Assembly (NCBI GenBank): GCA_000934665.2
Contig: KZ538271.1
Location: forward strand, 62,001-89,159
Reading direction: 5' to 3'
Source of the DNA: Catajapyx aquilonaris
Lineage: Eukaryota
DNA length: 27,159 nt
In this document: positions 1-11,540 of the stretch, piece by piece
Layout of the letters: every line of letters starts with the position of its first letter
Numbering within the stretch: position 1 is the stretch's first letter
The notes under the pieces: generated by a model
What the model was told of the DNA's origin: nothing
Seen by the model: the letters and a program-made list of their open reading frames with translations, nothing else
The model's database searches: none
Position numbers and translations under genes: made by a program

Positions 1-389
1 ATAAAAAACCTACGTGGGATCGGACTGCTGCTTCAGTGTTAATCCAAAAAACCCTTTGATCCAAAAATGTGTTTCTTCTTTGTCGTACTGGTTGCTTTCC
101 GTGTCTGTACCATTCCAGGTGGGAGCCGTATTAACCCCAAGTGACGTGAACTTCCACTACATCTACTTCTGTCTGCAGTGTTTCTGTGGGCCATGTCTTT
201 TTATATCAAAACATATGCCTTCTTCTTCTAGGCCTGCTCTTTGTTTTTGTTTCATCCTCCGTCTCCCTGTCCTGTCCCCCCACCATACCTCAAACGGCGA
301 TTGGGGATTTTTTTAAACCCGTGTTATTATTGTAGAGAAGCCCCCGGTTACGACAAAAATGGCAAGTGTTGTTCGTCTTTACCCCGTAG

Positions 390-512
390 GTGTCGCTGGT
401 CAACTTTGCCGCGGGCTTGGTAGGACTGTCGGGGATTCAAGCTTTCAAAACCATGAGGACACTGCGTGCCTTGAGGCCTCTCCGGGCCATGTCCCGCATG
501 CAGGGCATGAGG
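390..512 (+). CDS. para: Nav1/para exon, domain III S3-S4 (L-type member of the mutually exclusive K/L exon pair)
   Basis: AG at 388-389 and GT at 513-514; 123 nt, phase 0. Encodes [41 protein letters not shown], with the IIIS4 Arg repeat, closely matching insect para exon L. Confidence 0.95.
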
Positions 513-717
513 GTACGTTTTTTGGAGGAGCAAAACCTCCCTTAGTCCTCCAACTTTGCGAACAGTCAATTAGGGAAGGTGTAATGTAGTATGCTTCACA
601 AACACAACCCCCCAAGTCCTTCCGCAGCTCCTCAACAAAATAATGCTCGCATATTTTTTTATTTAGTACTTTAAAAAAAATTAATATACAAAAAACTGTT
701 CACAGTCACTAAAAAGT

Positions 718-1420
718 TGCATGCTCCCTTTTTCCATAATTATATATTGTTTTTTACTCGAATGCCTGCACATCGCGTGTCTTCAGTAGAGTACCTTCTT
801 CACTATATTTTTAACAAAATAATAATCTCCAAAAAAATGCATGCTCCCGGCAAGTTTCTATAGTTAGCTAGTCATACCAACGATAGTGCTTTTATTAGAT
901 AAACCCCACTATAGGACATAGGACCATAGTTGAATGTGTTGATCATCCCACTTTTTCTTCTACTTTGTTTGAACCTTTAACTTTTTTCGGAATGAGACCT
1001 CTCGCCGATTAATCCCTAATTACTGTGCTAATTAGATGGCACAGTACTTTTGCGAAACACGCGCGTAAAACCATAACCTCAAACTCCTGTCCCCCCCCCC
1101 CCCCNNNNNNNNNNNNAAAAAAAAAAAATTATCTGACCTGACCAATTCCCTGTTTAACCTTCTCAGAATGCCTGACAATTTTTTTAAAAAAAATTAGCTC
1201 CCCAATCATTGTGGTGTGCATGCTAACTGTGCATGTCTTTGCTTTTTTTGGGCTGCAAAATAATATTGTGCGCATTTGTTTGGAGTGACGTACTCATATA
1301 TGTTTCATTCACTGTTGCAGTCTTCTAGTCTAATGGTGCCTATTTTGAATAGAAAATAGATTTATTAAAAGATCATCACATTTTAGAGCACTTTTATTCT
1401 CAATGGCCAAAAATTGCATG
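718..1420 (+). promoter_or_regulatory. Cluster of five TGCATG (Rbfox-type) intronic splicing elements downstream of the L-type exon
   Basis: TGCATG at 718-723, 838-843, 1217-1222, 1230-1235 and 1415-1420, within a ~1.2 kb intron. Confidence 0.7.
1105..1116. other. Assembly gap (N run) inside the intron after exon L
   Basis: 12 N between a poly-C run and a poly-A run. Confidence 0.99.
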
Positions 1421-1714
1421 CTTCATTTTTTTGTGAAATATATTTTTTTAAAACGGATGGCGCTCTTAAAATGTGGTTTTTGCAGATACATTATTAGCAG
1501 TACAATAATAATTAGACCAATGACCTTTTATGTGCGTTTGTGTGTACGTATTACATGTGTGTGGAAATGCGTTGTGCACATTTTTGTGTGCCAACTTTGC
1601 CTGCACAGTTTGCTCCCACCATTTATCTTTTTTAAAAAGACATTTTTGACTGCTTGAAAAAAAACCTTCTTCAAAGGAAGAGTAGGGATCAATCCTATGT
1701 GTGTGTCCATATAG

Positions 1715-1837
1715 GTCGTGGTGAACGCCTTGGTTCAGGCCATCCCCAGCATCTTCAACGTGCTGCTGGTGTGCCTCATCTTCTGGCTCATCTTTGCCAT
1801 CATGGGAGTTCAAATGTTTGCAGGGAAATTCCACAAG
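1715..1837 (+). CDS. para: Nav1/para exon, III S4-S5 linker and IIIS5
   Basis: AG at 1713-1714 and GT at 1838-1839; 123 nt. Encodes [41 protein letters not shown]. Confidence 0.96.
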
Positions 1838-1904
1838 GTAAATATTCCATCCAATATGTTTCAAATAATTTCAAAAATCTGACTCTTTTTTATTGCGGAT
1901 TTAG

Positions 1905-2099
1905 TGTGTGGATGAAGAAGGACTCATGAAGGATGCGGAGGAGATTCCAGATCGATTGGCTTGTGTCAGGGAAAATCTGACATGGAAGAACCTTCAGATG
2001 AACTTTGACCATGTGGGCAAGGCCTACTTGTCCCTCTTCCAGATTGCCACTTTTAAAGGCTGGATGGACATCATGTACGCTGCCATTGACTCCAGAGAG
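1905..2099 (+). CDS. para: Nav1/para exon, domain III turret and P-loop (selectivity-filter Lys)
   Basis: AG at 1903-1904 and GT at 2100-2101; 195 nt. Encodes CVDEEG...[33 protein letters not shown]; the K of DEKA is present. Confidence 0.95.
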
Positions 2100-2159
2100 G
2101 TAATGTCTTCTTCCACCACTGTCCATCAGAAGTGTAAACAAACTTATTGCTTCTTGCAG

Positions 2160-2408
2160 AACGATTGTCTGCAACCAATATACGAGACAAACCTCTACAT
2201 GTATCTCTACTTTGTCTTCTTCATCATCTTCGGATCGTTTTTCACACTGAATCTGTTCATTGGAGTCATCATCGACAACTTCAACGAGCAGAAGAAGAAG
2301 GCAGGGGGGTCCTTGGAGATGTTCATGACTGAGGACCAGAAGAAATACTACAATGCCATGAAGAAGATGGGTGGAAAGAAGCCTCTCAAGGCTACTCCCA
2401 GGCCTAAA
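2160..2408 (+). CDS. para: Nav1/para exon, IIIS6 and III-IV linker (MFM inactivation gate)
   Basis: AG at 2158-2159 and GTGAGT at 2409; 249 nt. Encodes ...[71 protein letters not shown]. Confidence 0.95.
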
Positions 2409-2574
2409 GTGAGTCCCATGTAGTATAAATCAGAAAGGTTGTTTGCATGTCCAGGCTGTCCACTTCTGTACTACTGAGAGTACTGGAACTTGGCACATCT
2501 CATTGATGATTCAGGGAAAAGTGCACTTTTTTGAAGTCTACAATAACAGTTGCTCTTTTATCTTCTCCACACAG

Positions 2575-2845
2575 TTCAAGCCACAGGCCATGGTGTTTGA
2601 GCTGGTGACCAACAAGAAGTTTGACATGATCATCATGTTGTTCATCGGAGTCAACATGCTGACCATGACCTTAGACCACTACCAGCAAAACGAAATGTGG
2701 GAGACTAGCCTGTACTATCTGAATATGGGCTTCATCGCCATCTTCTCGTGCGAGTGCTTCCTGAAGGTGTTTGCACTTCGGTACCACTACTTCAAAGAGC
2801 CGTGGAACCTCTTTGACTTTGTTGTTGTCATCCTGTCTATCATTG
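2575..2845 (+). CDS. para: Nav1/para exon, IVS1-IVS3
   Basis: AG at 2573-2574 and GTAAG at 2846; 271 nt, ending in phase 1. Encodes [24 protein letters not shown]...[19 protein letters not shown]. Confidence 0.95.
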
Positions 2846-2923
2846 GTAAGATCTTTTTTTTTGTTTGCAGCGCATGTTTGGGGAGTGAGACATACTTTAA
2901 TTTTTTTAAATATAATTCTGCAG

Positions 2924-4080
2924 GTCTGGCCTTGAGTGATCTGATTGAGAAGTACTTTGTGTCTCCCACTATGCTTCGAGTGGTGAGGGTGGCCAAAGTG
3001 GGTCGTGTGCTCCGTTTGGTGAAGGGTGCCAAGGGAATTCGAACCCTACTGTTTGCGTTGGCCATGTCCCTTCCTGCACTGTTCAACATCTGCCTCCTGC
3101 TCTTCCTGGTCATGTTCATCTTCGCCATTTTCGGCATGTCCTTCTTCATGAACGTGAAAAACAATGGGGGATTGGACGACGTGTACAACTTCCGCACATT
3201 TGGCAAGTCCATGATCCTGCTATTCCAGATGTCCACGTCTGCAGGATGGGCCGAAGTGCTGACTGGTATCATCAACGAGGAGGATTGCGACCAGCCTAAT
3301 CCGGACATGGGCAGTCCGGGTGACTGCGGGTCGGCTGTCATCGGCATCACCTTCCTGCTGTCGTACTTGGTCATCAGCTTCCTGATCGTCATCAACATGT
3401 ACATCGCCGTCATCTTGGAGAACTACTCCCAGGCGACTGAGGATGTCCAGGAAGGTCTGACTGATGATGACTACGATATGTACTACGAGATCTGGCAGCA
3501 GTTCGATCCGGATGGTACCCAGTACATCCGGTACGACCAGATGTCCGATTTCCTAGACGCCCTGGAGCCTCCACTTCAAATACACAAGCCCAACAAATAC
3601 AAGATCATCTCAATGGACGTGCCCATATGCAAAGGCGACATGATGTTCTGCGTGGACATGTTGGATGCGCTCACGAGAGACTTTTTCGCGAGGAAAGGCA
3701 ACCCGATCGAGGAGGTCGGGGAGGTCGGGGAGGTCGCTCCGAAACAGGACGCACCTGGGTACGAACCAGTGTCTTCTACGCTGTGGAGGCAGCGTGAGGA
3801 GTACTGTGCACGGTTGATCCAAAACGCATGGAGGAAGCACAAAAGGGCTCAGCAAGAGCAAGGTGGTGGTGGTGGTGCAACCGGTGGTGGTGGTGGTGGT
3901 GATGCTGAAGGTGGTGAGGATGCTGGTTCTGCAGCATCTGCATCAGGAGTCGACGATGATGGTAAGCATCACCAGACTGCGGTGATGGTTGAAAGCGACG
4001 GATTCACCACAAAGAATGGACACAAGGTGGTCATCCACTCCCGATCTCCCAGCGTCACTTCGAGGTCAACTGACGTTTGA
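2924..4080 (+). CDS. para: Nav1/para terminal coding exon: IVS4-S6, EF-hand-like region, IQ motif, Gly-rich tract and C-terminus
   Basis: AG at 2922-2923. Contains [16 protein letters not shown] (IVS4), FQMSTSAGW (A of DEKA), the IQ motif IQNAWRKHK and the para-type ending [25 protein letters not shown] at 4078-4080. Confidence 0.97.
3861..3900 (+). repeat. Interrupted (GGT)n repeat encoding poly-Gly in the Nav C-terminus
   Basis: Two ggt runs encoding GGGGG-AT-GGGGGG. Confidence 0.9.
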
Positions 4081-7000
4081 CCAGAAGCAGCCCTGTTGGC
4101 CCAGGGAACCCTCGCAACCATGGTGAGCATGGTAAGCGGTTTCGGAGGAGTAGAAGGACTCCCTCCGCCAGGATCGCCGCTACCAAAATCACCGACCAAG
4201 TCACCACAGCGATGATTGATTGATTGATATGATTGACCCGTCCTGACCAGCCATGGGGACATTTGCAAGACAAAAAAAGGCCAAGTAGCTAAAGAATGAG
4301 AAAAGCGAAAAAAACCATTTTAAAAACCACTAAACGCCTAAAACACTACGGCTATATTACCGCTACTTAACTTTTAACCCAAAAAAACTAAATATTAAAA
4401 CTAAATACTAATTATACTCTCAAATCAATCACATACCGCGATAATAAATAAAAAAGGCTCCTTCTTGCACACCTTTTTGGACCGCTTTCTAGCCTCGTGT
4501 GTGTGGCTTTTCATATTCGCTGGCTCGCACGCTTTTGGGGACGATAAAAACAATTATTTAAGAATAATAAATAAATAAATAAATAAACCGGACGTGCGTG
4601 TGCGTGAAGACGAGGGACGTGCGTTGTTTTGCGTACGATGAATTTTGTACAACCGGAAGGTCCGCTCAGTGCACTTGTTTTTTTTGGTCTGAACTGGTCA
4701 AAATATTGTGATGTGCACTTCCTCCCCCAAAAAAGTGAAATTTTTTTGGCGGGGGGGTTCGGTTTTTTTTTTGTGGGAGTCGAAGAAACGTCCGAGTGAG
4801 TGATGAGTGAACTTCAAATTTTTTTTTCTGGTGCAAAATATTTAAAAAGGCCTCTCTGGGTTCCAATAGGGGGTGATCGGGATACTGGTCGCAAAATATT
4901 CATAATTATTAAAAATAAATAAAAAAAATAACGACTGTTGGTAGCACGCACAGCAACTATAATAGAAAGTTGAAAAAATAATAATAACCAAAGGAAGAAA
5001 AAAAGGAGAAAGATGAACTCGTCCTGTCCCAACACCATCACCAAACAACACCTTTCCACCGCTACAAACATAATTAATATATTTAAAAAATTAATAATGG
5101 CAGCAAGCAGCAGAAGCAGCTAAAAACATCAGCTTGTGGTTTATTTTTGTAATTCGTTTTTCTCGCCAATTGTGTGATGCTGCTAGATAATAATTAATAA
5201 ATAATAATAAAAAAATTTGAAGGGTGGTAATAATGATGTGGGGGGGTTAGAGGGGTGGGGGAAATAATTTTTTTGGGGTGCAAACATGTTGGGGATGGGG
5301 GGGAGAATAAATGGCGAAAAGGTGAAGCAGAAGAAACGAAAAAAAATATTTGTCACTGTGGCTCAAATAAGACTTGAAACCATCTTGAGAATTTCAAAAA
5401 AAAAAAAAAAGAAGAAGCACACGTTTTTAGCCGTTCGTTCACGGTGATGCTTTTTAGCACCTCGGGCAAATTACAATAGATTTCAAACCAAAAAAAAAAT
5501 GTTTAAAAAAATTACTATACATAAATAAATAACTAAAATAATAAATAATTGCAGTAGTGTTGTGGCCGTTCGTTATACTTTGGAAGTGTTAGTCCTCCAA
5601 GCGTAGTAATCAAGGTTTTTCCACTTGTTATTTTTCTACACTATTTCATTATCGTGGACGGGGGTCGAAATAAGTCTTTTCGCAAACAAAATATGAGTGA
5701 CTGATGTGCAAAAATATTGAATTGTGTCCTCGGAGACAAGGGGTGATGACCTGCTGGAAAAAATAATATATATTAAGTAGAGGCTGCAACGTACCGCTAA
5801 AAATCAATATTGAGGGTTAACTATCAGAAAATATTAATAAGAAAAATTTTAAGGATAACATGGGTCTGTTGCCTTCTGTTTTTACATAACTCCTGATTAT
5901 TTTGATCCTTATAGCTAGAATTTGGATACAAATAATTCCCTTACATTTTAATTTCTGGTGAGGCAATATAAGTCATGTGTCCTTTTAATTCTTCTAATTT
6001 TTTGGCAAACAAACAAAAATGGTGTAATTTTCTTTACATCATGTTAGTGCATGAATGGATGGGTTATGTTCCACATAATAAGCAAATTACTCATGCAAAA
6101 AATAATAATCCCGATTTTAGTCATGTCTCTTCCGGAAGATTATCGGTTGTTAAATCATGTACATAAAAACATATTTTGAATGAATCTTTTGGTAAAGGTG
6201 TTCATTTTTGCAGATTGGTCCGGATTAGTAACATTAAATGACAATTTCCTAATTATTCAATTCATCTGCTTTTTTTGGCACCCAAGCATTTACCTAATCG
6301 CTGTTTTCCACTGAAATAGTGTCAAGTGGTGCTTTTTAATATTATGAGGACAAATGTTGTGTGATGGATACAGTGGACACAGTGTTGACTCTTTTTATTT
6401 GTTTTGCATACAAAAAAGTGTCTGCCTCAATTTCAATTCAAAATGTCGATTACGCAAAAGTTTGGTGCCACGCAAACAGTTGCGAGAAAATTTCTTGTTG
6501 GGAAAGCTATAATTATTGTATTACGAGTAATTACGAGTATTACGAGTAATAAAAAAGTAATGACGTTCATTTGCATTTTGTTGTTGTTGTTGACATGTCT
6601 CAATTAGCAGCCAGGAATGATATTGCATTAAAAATGTACTGAGACTGACCGATAAACGGGATATGAGGAACATGCTCCTATTTTATCCTTCCATATAAAT
6701 ATCCAGCCAATGAGAACTACCTGTAATGAGAGAGAAATAAGTTACGATAGAAACCTTTTTGCCAACCCATCAAATTAGACATCCTTTTTAGCCCCCCCTC
6801 AAAAAAAAAAACCTCCATCCAAAAATTATGCTTCCCACCCCTTTATCAATTTTCTGACAATTTGGTCTATTCCAGCAGGAAAGAAAAATTGGGAATAGAT
6901 TCTCATAGAAAATTGTACAGTTAAATTTTTGAAAAAAAAAGTAGATTAGCTTGATTATCGCAATTTAAATGGGAACGCACACATTCCATGCTCCCCCCCT

Positions 7001-10000
7001 CTCTCCAACCCCCCCGGGCCCTTATTCATTTTTTTTTTAAAAAAATAATTATTTAAAAAATACGATAACACGACACACACTTATGTCACAGGTCACTGTT
7101 TTCAGCGAACGATTCTTTCTATCAATGAGTCGCTTCCTGATCCTGACACACACAAAAATGAACACACACAATACACGTAAACACATCTTTTGCTTTTTCC
7201 ACATCCTTTTATTGACGCTAACATTAGTCGCAAACAAGGGAAGTGTGAATGGGAATGTTATCCAATCCCCCCCNCCCCCCCCAATACAAAAAATACCTCC
7301 AAAATATTCCCCCCCCCCTACTCAAAAAAAGGTGCATAAAAATAAGAAGACACATCAAAATGCGAATTTCCTTCCTTCTCAAAAAAAAAAGAAGTGATAA
7401 ATCGCCATGGTGAATTTTCTTTTCATTGAAGAAAAGATGGGTATTGCCGAAGAAAAGATGACAAAAAACGAGCAGTGTTAAGAGAGATATTATTATAATA
7501 ATATTTAAATGGGGAAAAAAAGTATAAGTGAAAAAAAGCAAAAGCGTACAACACTTAGGTACACTGCGTTTTTTTTCGGGGTCATTGTCATATAAATTAA
7601 ATAAATAAAAAAATTGTATACTAACCTAACAAAGGTGATATTGTCGATGGGTGCTTTCCGTTGTAGAAAATGGACCACTTGTAAATTAAACTAACCCTCC
7701 CCCCCTCTGAAGTTTGCGTAAAAAAATACTAATAATAATTAACATGGTATTTGAAGAAGAAGAAGAAGAAAAAATGCTTTTTGCTTGTGAAGCTGTGGGT
7801 AAAACATGTCTACCAGCCCAGCAATTGTTATACCATAAAAAAATGATTCATCCCAATTCAACATACATTAGAGAAGCTTTTTGTTAGGTTGTATCCCCCC
7901 CCCCCCCTTCATCTGAACTCTTTAATTACTGCTGATCGGGATTGGAGAAAAAGTAAAAGGTGTGTTTTGCCACCATTCAATTTAATAAGAATAATTTAAC
8001 GAATTTAATATTTCAAACAAAAATTTGCCAAAATATTCAGAGAACAATTTCATTGTTGAAATATTAAATTACGCGATATGCATACGATAGCATTGCGATT
8101 AGTGTAAAAGCTGAATATATTACCAATTAGAAAGTGAACAAAACAGTTGCGTAAAAATTAGGAGACGACATTTTGCGCAATTTTCTCTGATAAATTATGA
8201 ATGTGGTAACAATCAACAAATATGCAAATTTTAATTGTAGTGACAGTTAATACTGGAATTACTCTAGTAAAACTATTAGGTAACAGATCACAATTCTCAT
8301 TATTAAAAAAGATTGAAATATTACACATAGATCAAAATTAACATGAGCAAACGTGTCAATTTACTATTTTCTCCACACCCATATTTTTTTTCTCGAATTA
8401 ATTTTCTGTGACCTTTCCCTATACCCTTCCAGCTGACCACCTTTTTAACAAACTAATTACTCACAAAAAGGCGGGAGTAAATTACTCCTGTTAACATATT
8501 TAAAAAAAATCCATCTCGCGTCCAAAAGGTTTTTTTTTTTCTCTTCAAAATAAATATATTGCTGTGCTCACATTTTTATTAAGCAATGCTTGGTAATAGC
8601 GGCAAGCAACATAAAAGTATAAAAAACACAGGTGCTTTTGGTGACTGGACCAAAAAAAGAAGGCAAACAAGGCGAGTGTGTGTAACGTGCAAATGACTAA
8701 TTTAAAAAAACACCTACTGTAAAATAAAATTACAAGTGAGAATATCCCCCCCCCCTCCCATGATAATGACATTTGCTATGCATCTCCGGTAGAACAAAGT
8801 TCGTCCCCCAGTTGTTAATAAGAAAAATCAACCTGAAATGACATGAAAAAAATGTATTAATTTCACCACCTGTACTGTATAAGCTATTTAAAAAAAACCT
8901 AAGCATAAGTATTTTAAAAATTTAAATGAAAGTTTAAAAAAAATGTTTGCTCCTAAACTGCAGCTAAAACAACGACGTTGTAAGTTTTTGCAGTATAAAG
9001 CTCGTAATGGTTTAGGTCCAATTGCGCTCGTCGTAATGATCATTATCATTACAAAGTAGATATGTAACTTTTTCAACAAAAAAATAATCGTATGGAGACG
9101 TCATTTTTTTTTCATTTTTGCCGTTGCGGTGTGTGACAGTTTAATAAACGCGAGTCATTCGGGATGGAAACATAAACTTTCTTTAAACAAAAATTCCCTC
9201 ATGTGCAGCCCGCCAACAAGCCTTTTAAAAAAATAATAATAATTAAGCAAAATAAACGACCTACCGGTGCAGCTTTGAAATTAAAAAAAAAACACACTCT
9301 TCTCCATTTGACTCCAGCTTTTTGGCCCGCCAAAATAAATTTAATTGTGTACGTATGTGGATCCCAAAAAAATGTTGCAGACCAGTTTGAAAAATGTCCG
9401 CAAGTGTCCATATAAATTAAATTGCAATTAATTCATTGTGGTACTTAGAAGTTTTCCGAACTGAGTCGCCCATATTTGGGTCACTTGAAAAAGTAAATTG
9501 GGTGGAATCCTCCTTCTCTTGTTTGAAAAAAAAAAAGTGTTTTCCTATCTATCTCACACTCATCCGCATGAAAAACTTCAATTTTAAATTTATTTATCAA
9601 AATGCTTTATTTTTTGTTCAGTTTTCTCGACCTCCTTTCCCCCCCCTGAACCCCTTTCCCCCCCTCTGTAATAATTAATTCTTGGCGGAAAAAAAATCAG
9701 CATTTCAGTTCACCAGTTTTTAGAGCCAGTAGTACCCATCGTGTCCTGTAGTCTCGTAACAATACGGTATGAGTGACTCGTCTTGTTTCAAAGCAGCCAA
9801 GATTCGTTGATTACACTACATATTAATTAATGATAATTGTTACACACAGAAAAAAAATAGACAATGTGAAAGGGAAAAAAAAATATATAAAAAGAGGCTG
9901 GTTAGACACTCGAAAAAAAATATGTTGGTTCCCATGTAAACATACCAAAAAAAAGAGAGAGAGAGAGTATTATAAATATAATGAGAGTTTTAACAAAAGG

Positions 10001-10175
10001 GAAGAGAAAAAGGTAAGAGAAAGAGTGAAAGAGAATGCAAACCGAGACAATTGATTTCAATTCCCAAAGTTTTGCTCTTGCTTGCACTTCCTTTGTATAA
10101 TGTTTTAAATTTCACAGTTTGTACCATATTATCTGTAAATAATACATCATCGAATAAATTTTTGATAACTTACCA
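4081..10175 (+). other. Probable long 3' UTR of the sodium channel gene (end uncertain)
   Basis: A/T homopolymer-rich non-coding sequence with no recognisable TE. Many AATAAA, including a distal one at 10153-10158 preceded by TGTAAATA (10134-10141). Composition changes after ~10.25 kb. Confidence 0.45.
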
Positions 10176-11012
10176 CATTAAAAAAAATATCTCTGGATTG
10201 ATTTTTTTCCCCCGCAAGTTTTCAAGAAATCAGCAGGTTCTGCGGTGTTGAATTGTATAAATTCCCATAGAAAATATAATACAAGGATATATTATGACCA
10301 CCAAGCATGTCCTCACTAGGGTGACTCGATGAACCGCATTTGGTACTCTCCATTTGGCTCTTCCCCGTTTGGACTCTATGCCTTTTCAGCAGGATTTTGA
10401 TGGGTAGTTGAGTGTTCAAGGTGAGACGAGTTGGGTGGGTGGGTGGGAAAACCTTTAAGGTCACGAGTGTTATTCCCCTCTCTTTGCCCACTTGATCAGT
10501 AATGTTCATACGCACACGTCCTCTCTTGTAATCGTGCACAGCAGCTACAAGCAACACTGTCTTGTGTACGAACATTGGCCATTCCATGTACCACCATACA
10601 GTTTATGCAAAAAAAAAGGTATGTCCTCCCTTGGTATTTACGGTGAACTGGACGAACTGCAGTGTCTAATGGCTACCCAATTTAAGTGTGTGTGTATTTA
10701 AGTGTGTGCCTATATTTATGACAAGTCATTTTCTTGAATCTGAAAATTTCGTGCAATTATTTTGAGGTATTTTTTGGGGGGGGATGTCCATATATCCCAG
10801 GGTTGGATATAACCTAATGAACTAGGTAATGAGTTGACCCAGTGCTTTTTTGTCTGATAAGAATCATAGTGTTTGTATACTGTCATTGTTGACCTTTATT
10901 TGGCTCATGCAACCCAGGATGTATGTGAAAGAGACATGAGAGCAAAGAGGCCTTTAGATTATCACATGTCTCACCCGGATTATGCAACAGGACACATGTC
11001 ACAGCTGAGACT

Positions 11013-11058
11013 GGTAACATTGAGGTAACAACATTGAGGTAACAACATTGGAAGTAAC
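11013..11058. repeat. Short tandem repeat (ACATTGAGGTAACA-type unit, ~3 copies)
   Basis: ggtaacattgaggtaacaacattgaggtaacaacattggaagtaac. Confidence 0.7.
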
Positions 11059-11540
11059 GTAATTATTAACATATCATGTTGTTGGTTACAAAATATCATT
11101 TAGCTTTAGTCAACTGGATACAAACGTGAATGATTATTATGCCTTTGACTAACATTGCGTCTGCTAGTGCTGCAGAAATATTACAGCCGTATGTTGATAG
11201 CCCACATGGTGCATGCGCATTACATGATAAAAGCAAACATGAGTGATATGGTAGTGATAAGTAAAGGGCATTGGACATGGTGAGTCAAAATTTCACATCT
11301 TCAGGGCAACAACAGTGTAATTGTTGGCACAAGACAAAATTGTGGTAATAACAAATGCTGAGACACCAACAGGTATTTATGCAAACCAGACCTTTCAGTG
11401 CTCAACACACGTGTCCACCTGTACTGCTGCATGACTTAATCCTGGAACTTATGCACAGAAGGGCACCTGAGCGTAGCACAAGTCAACTCCTCTTCGCAGC
11501 TGGATGCATAAAATGTGATTTGATGAGATCTTAATGGCCT

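Noticed and set aside
909..1714. Possible pairing of ATAGGACATAGGAC (~911-924) with the acceptor region 1693-1714
   Set aside because: Only ~8 contiguous bp plus a bulged extension, which is within chance without conservation data.
2205..2355. kdr-type pyrethroid resistance alleles (F1534, F1538, N1575 equivalents)
   Set aside because: Residues are wild type ([13 protein letters not shown]); IVS6 ISFLIVI is also wild type.
2787..3861. Minus-strand ORFs (208, 88 and 83 aa), and also 348..569 and 1466..1864
   Set aside because: Antisense shadows of Nav coding exons with no recognisable domains.
2443..4080. 545-aa ORF taken as one protein (likewise 1908..2423)
   Set aside because: These ORFs run through introns 2409-2574, 2846-2923 and 2100-2159; the real product is the spliced Nav channel.
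4666..10251. Many short ORFs in the A/T-rich tract
   Set aside because: Low-complexity K/F/I-rich translations of homopolymer runs, with no coding signal.
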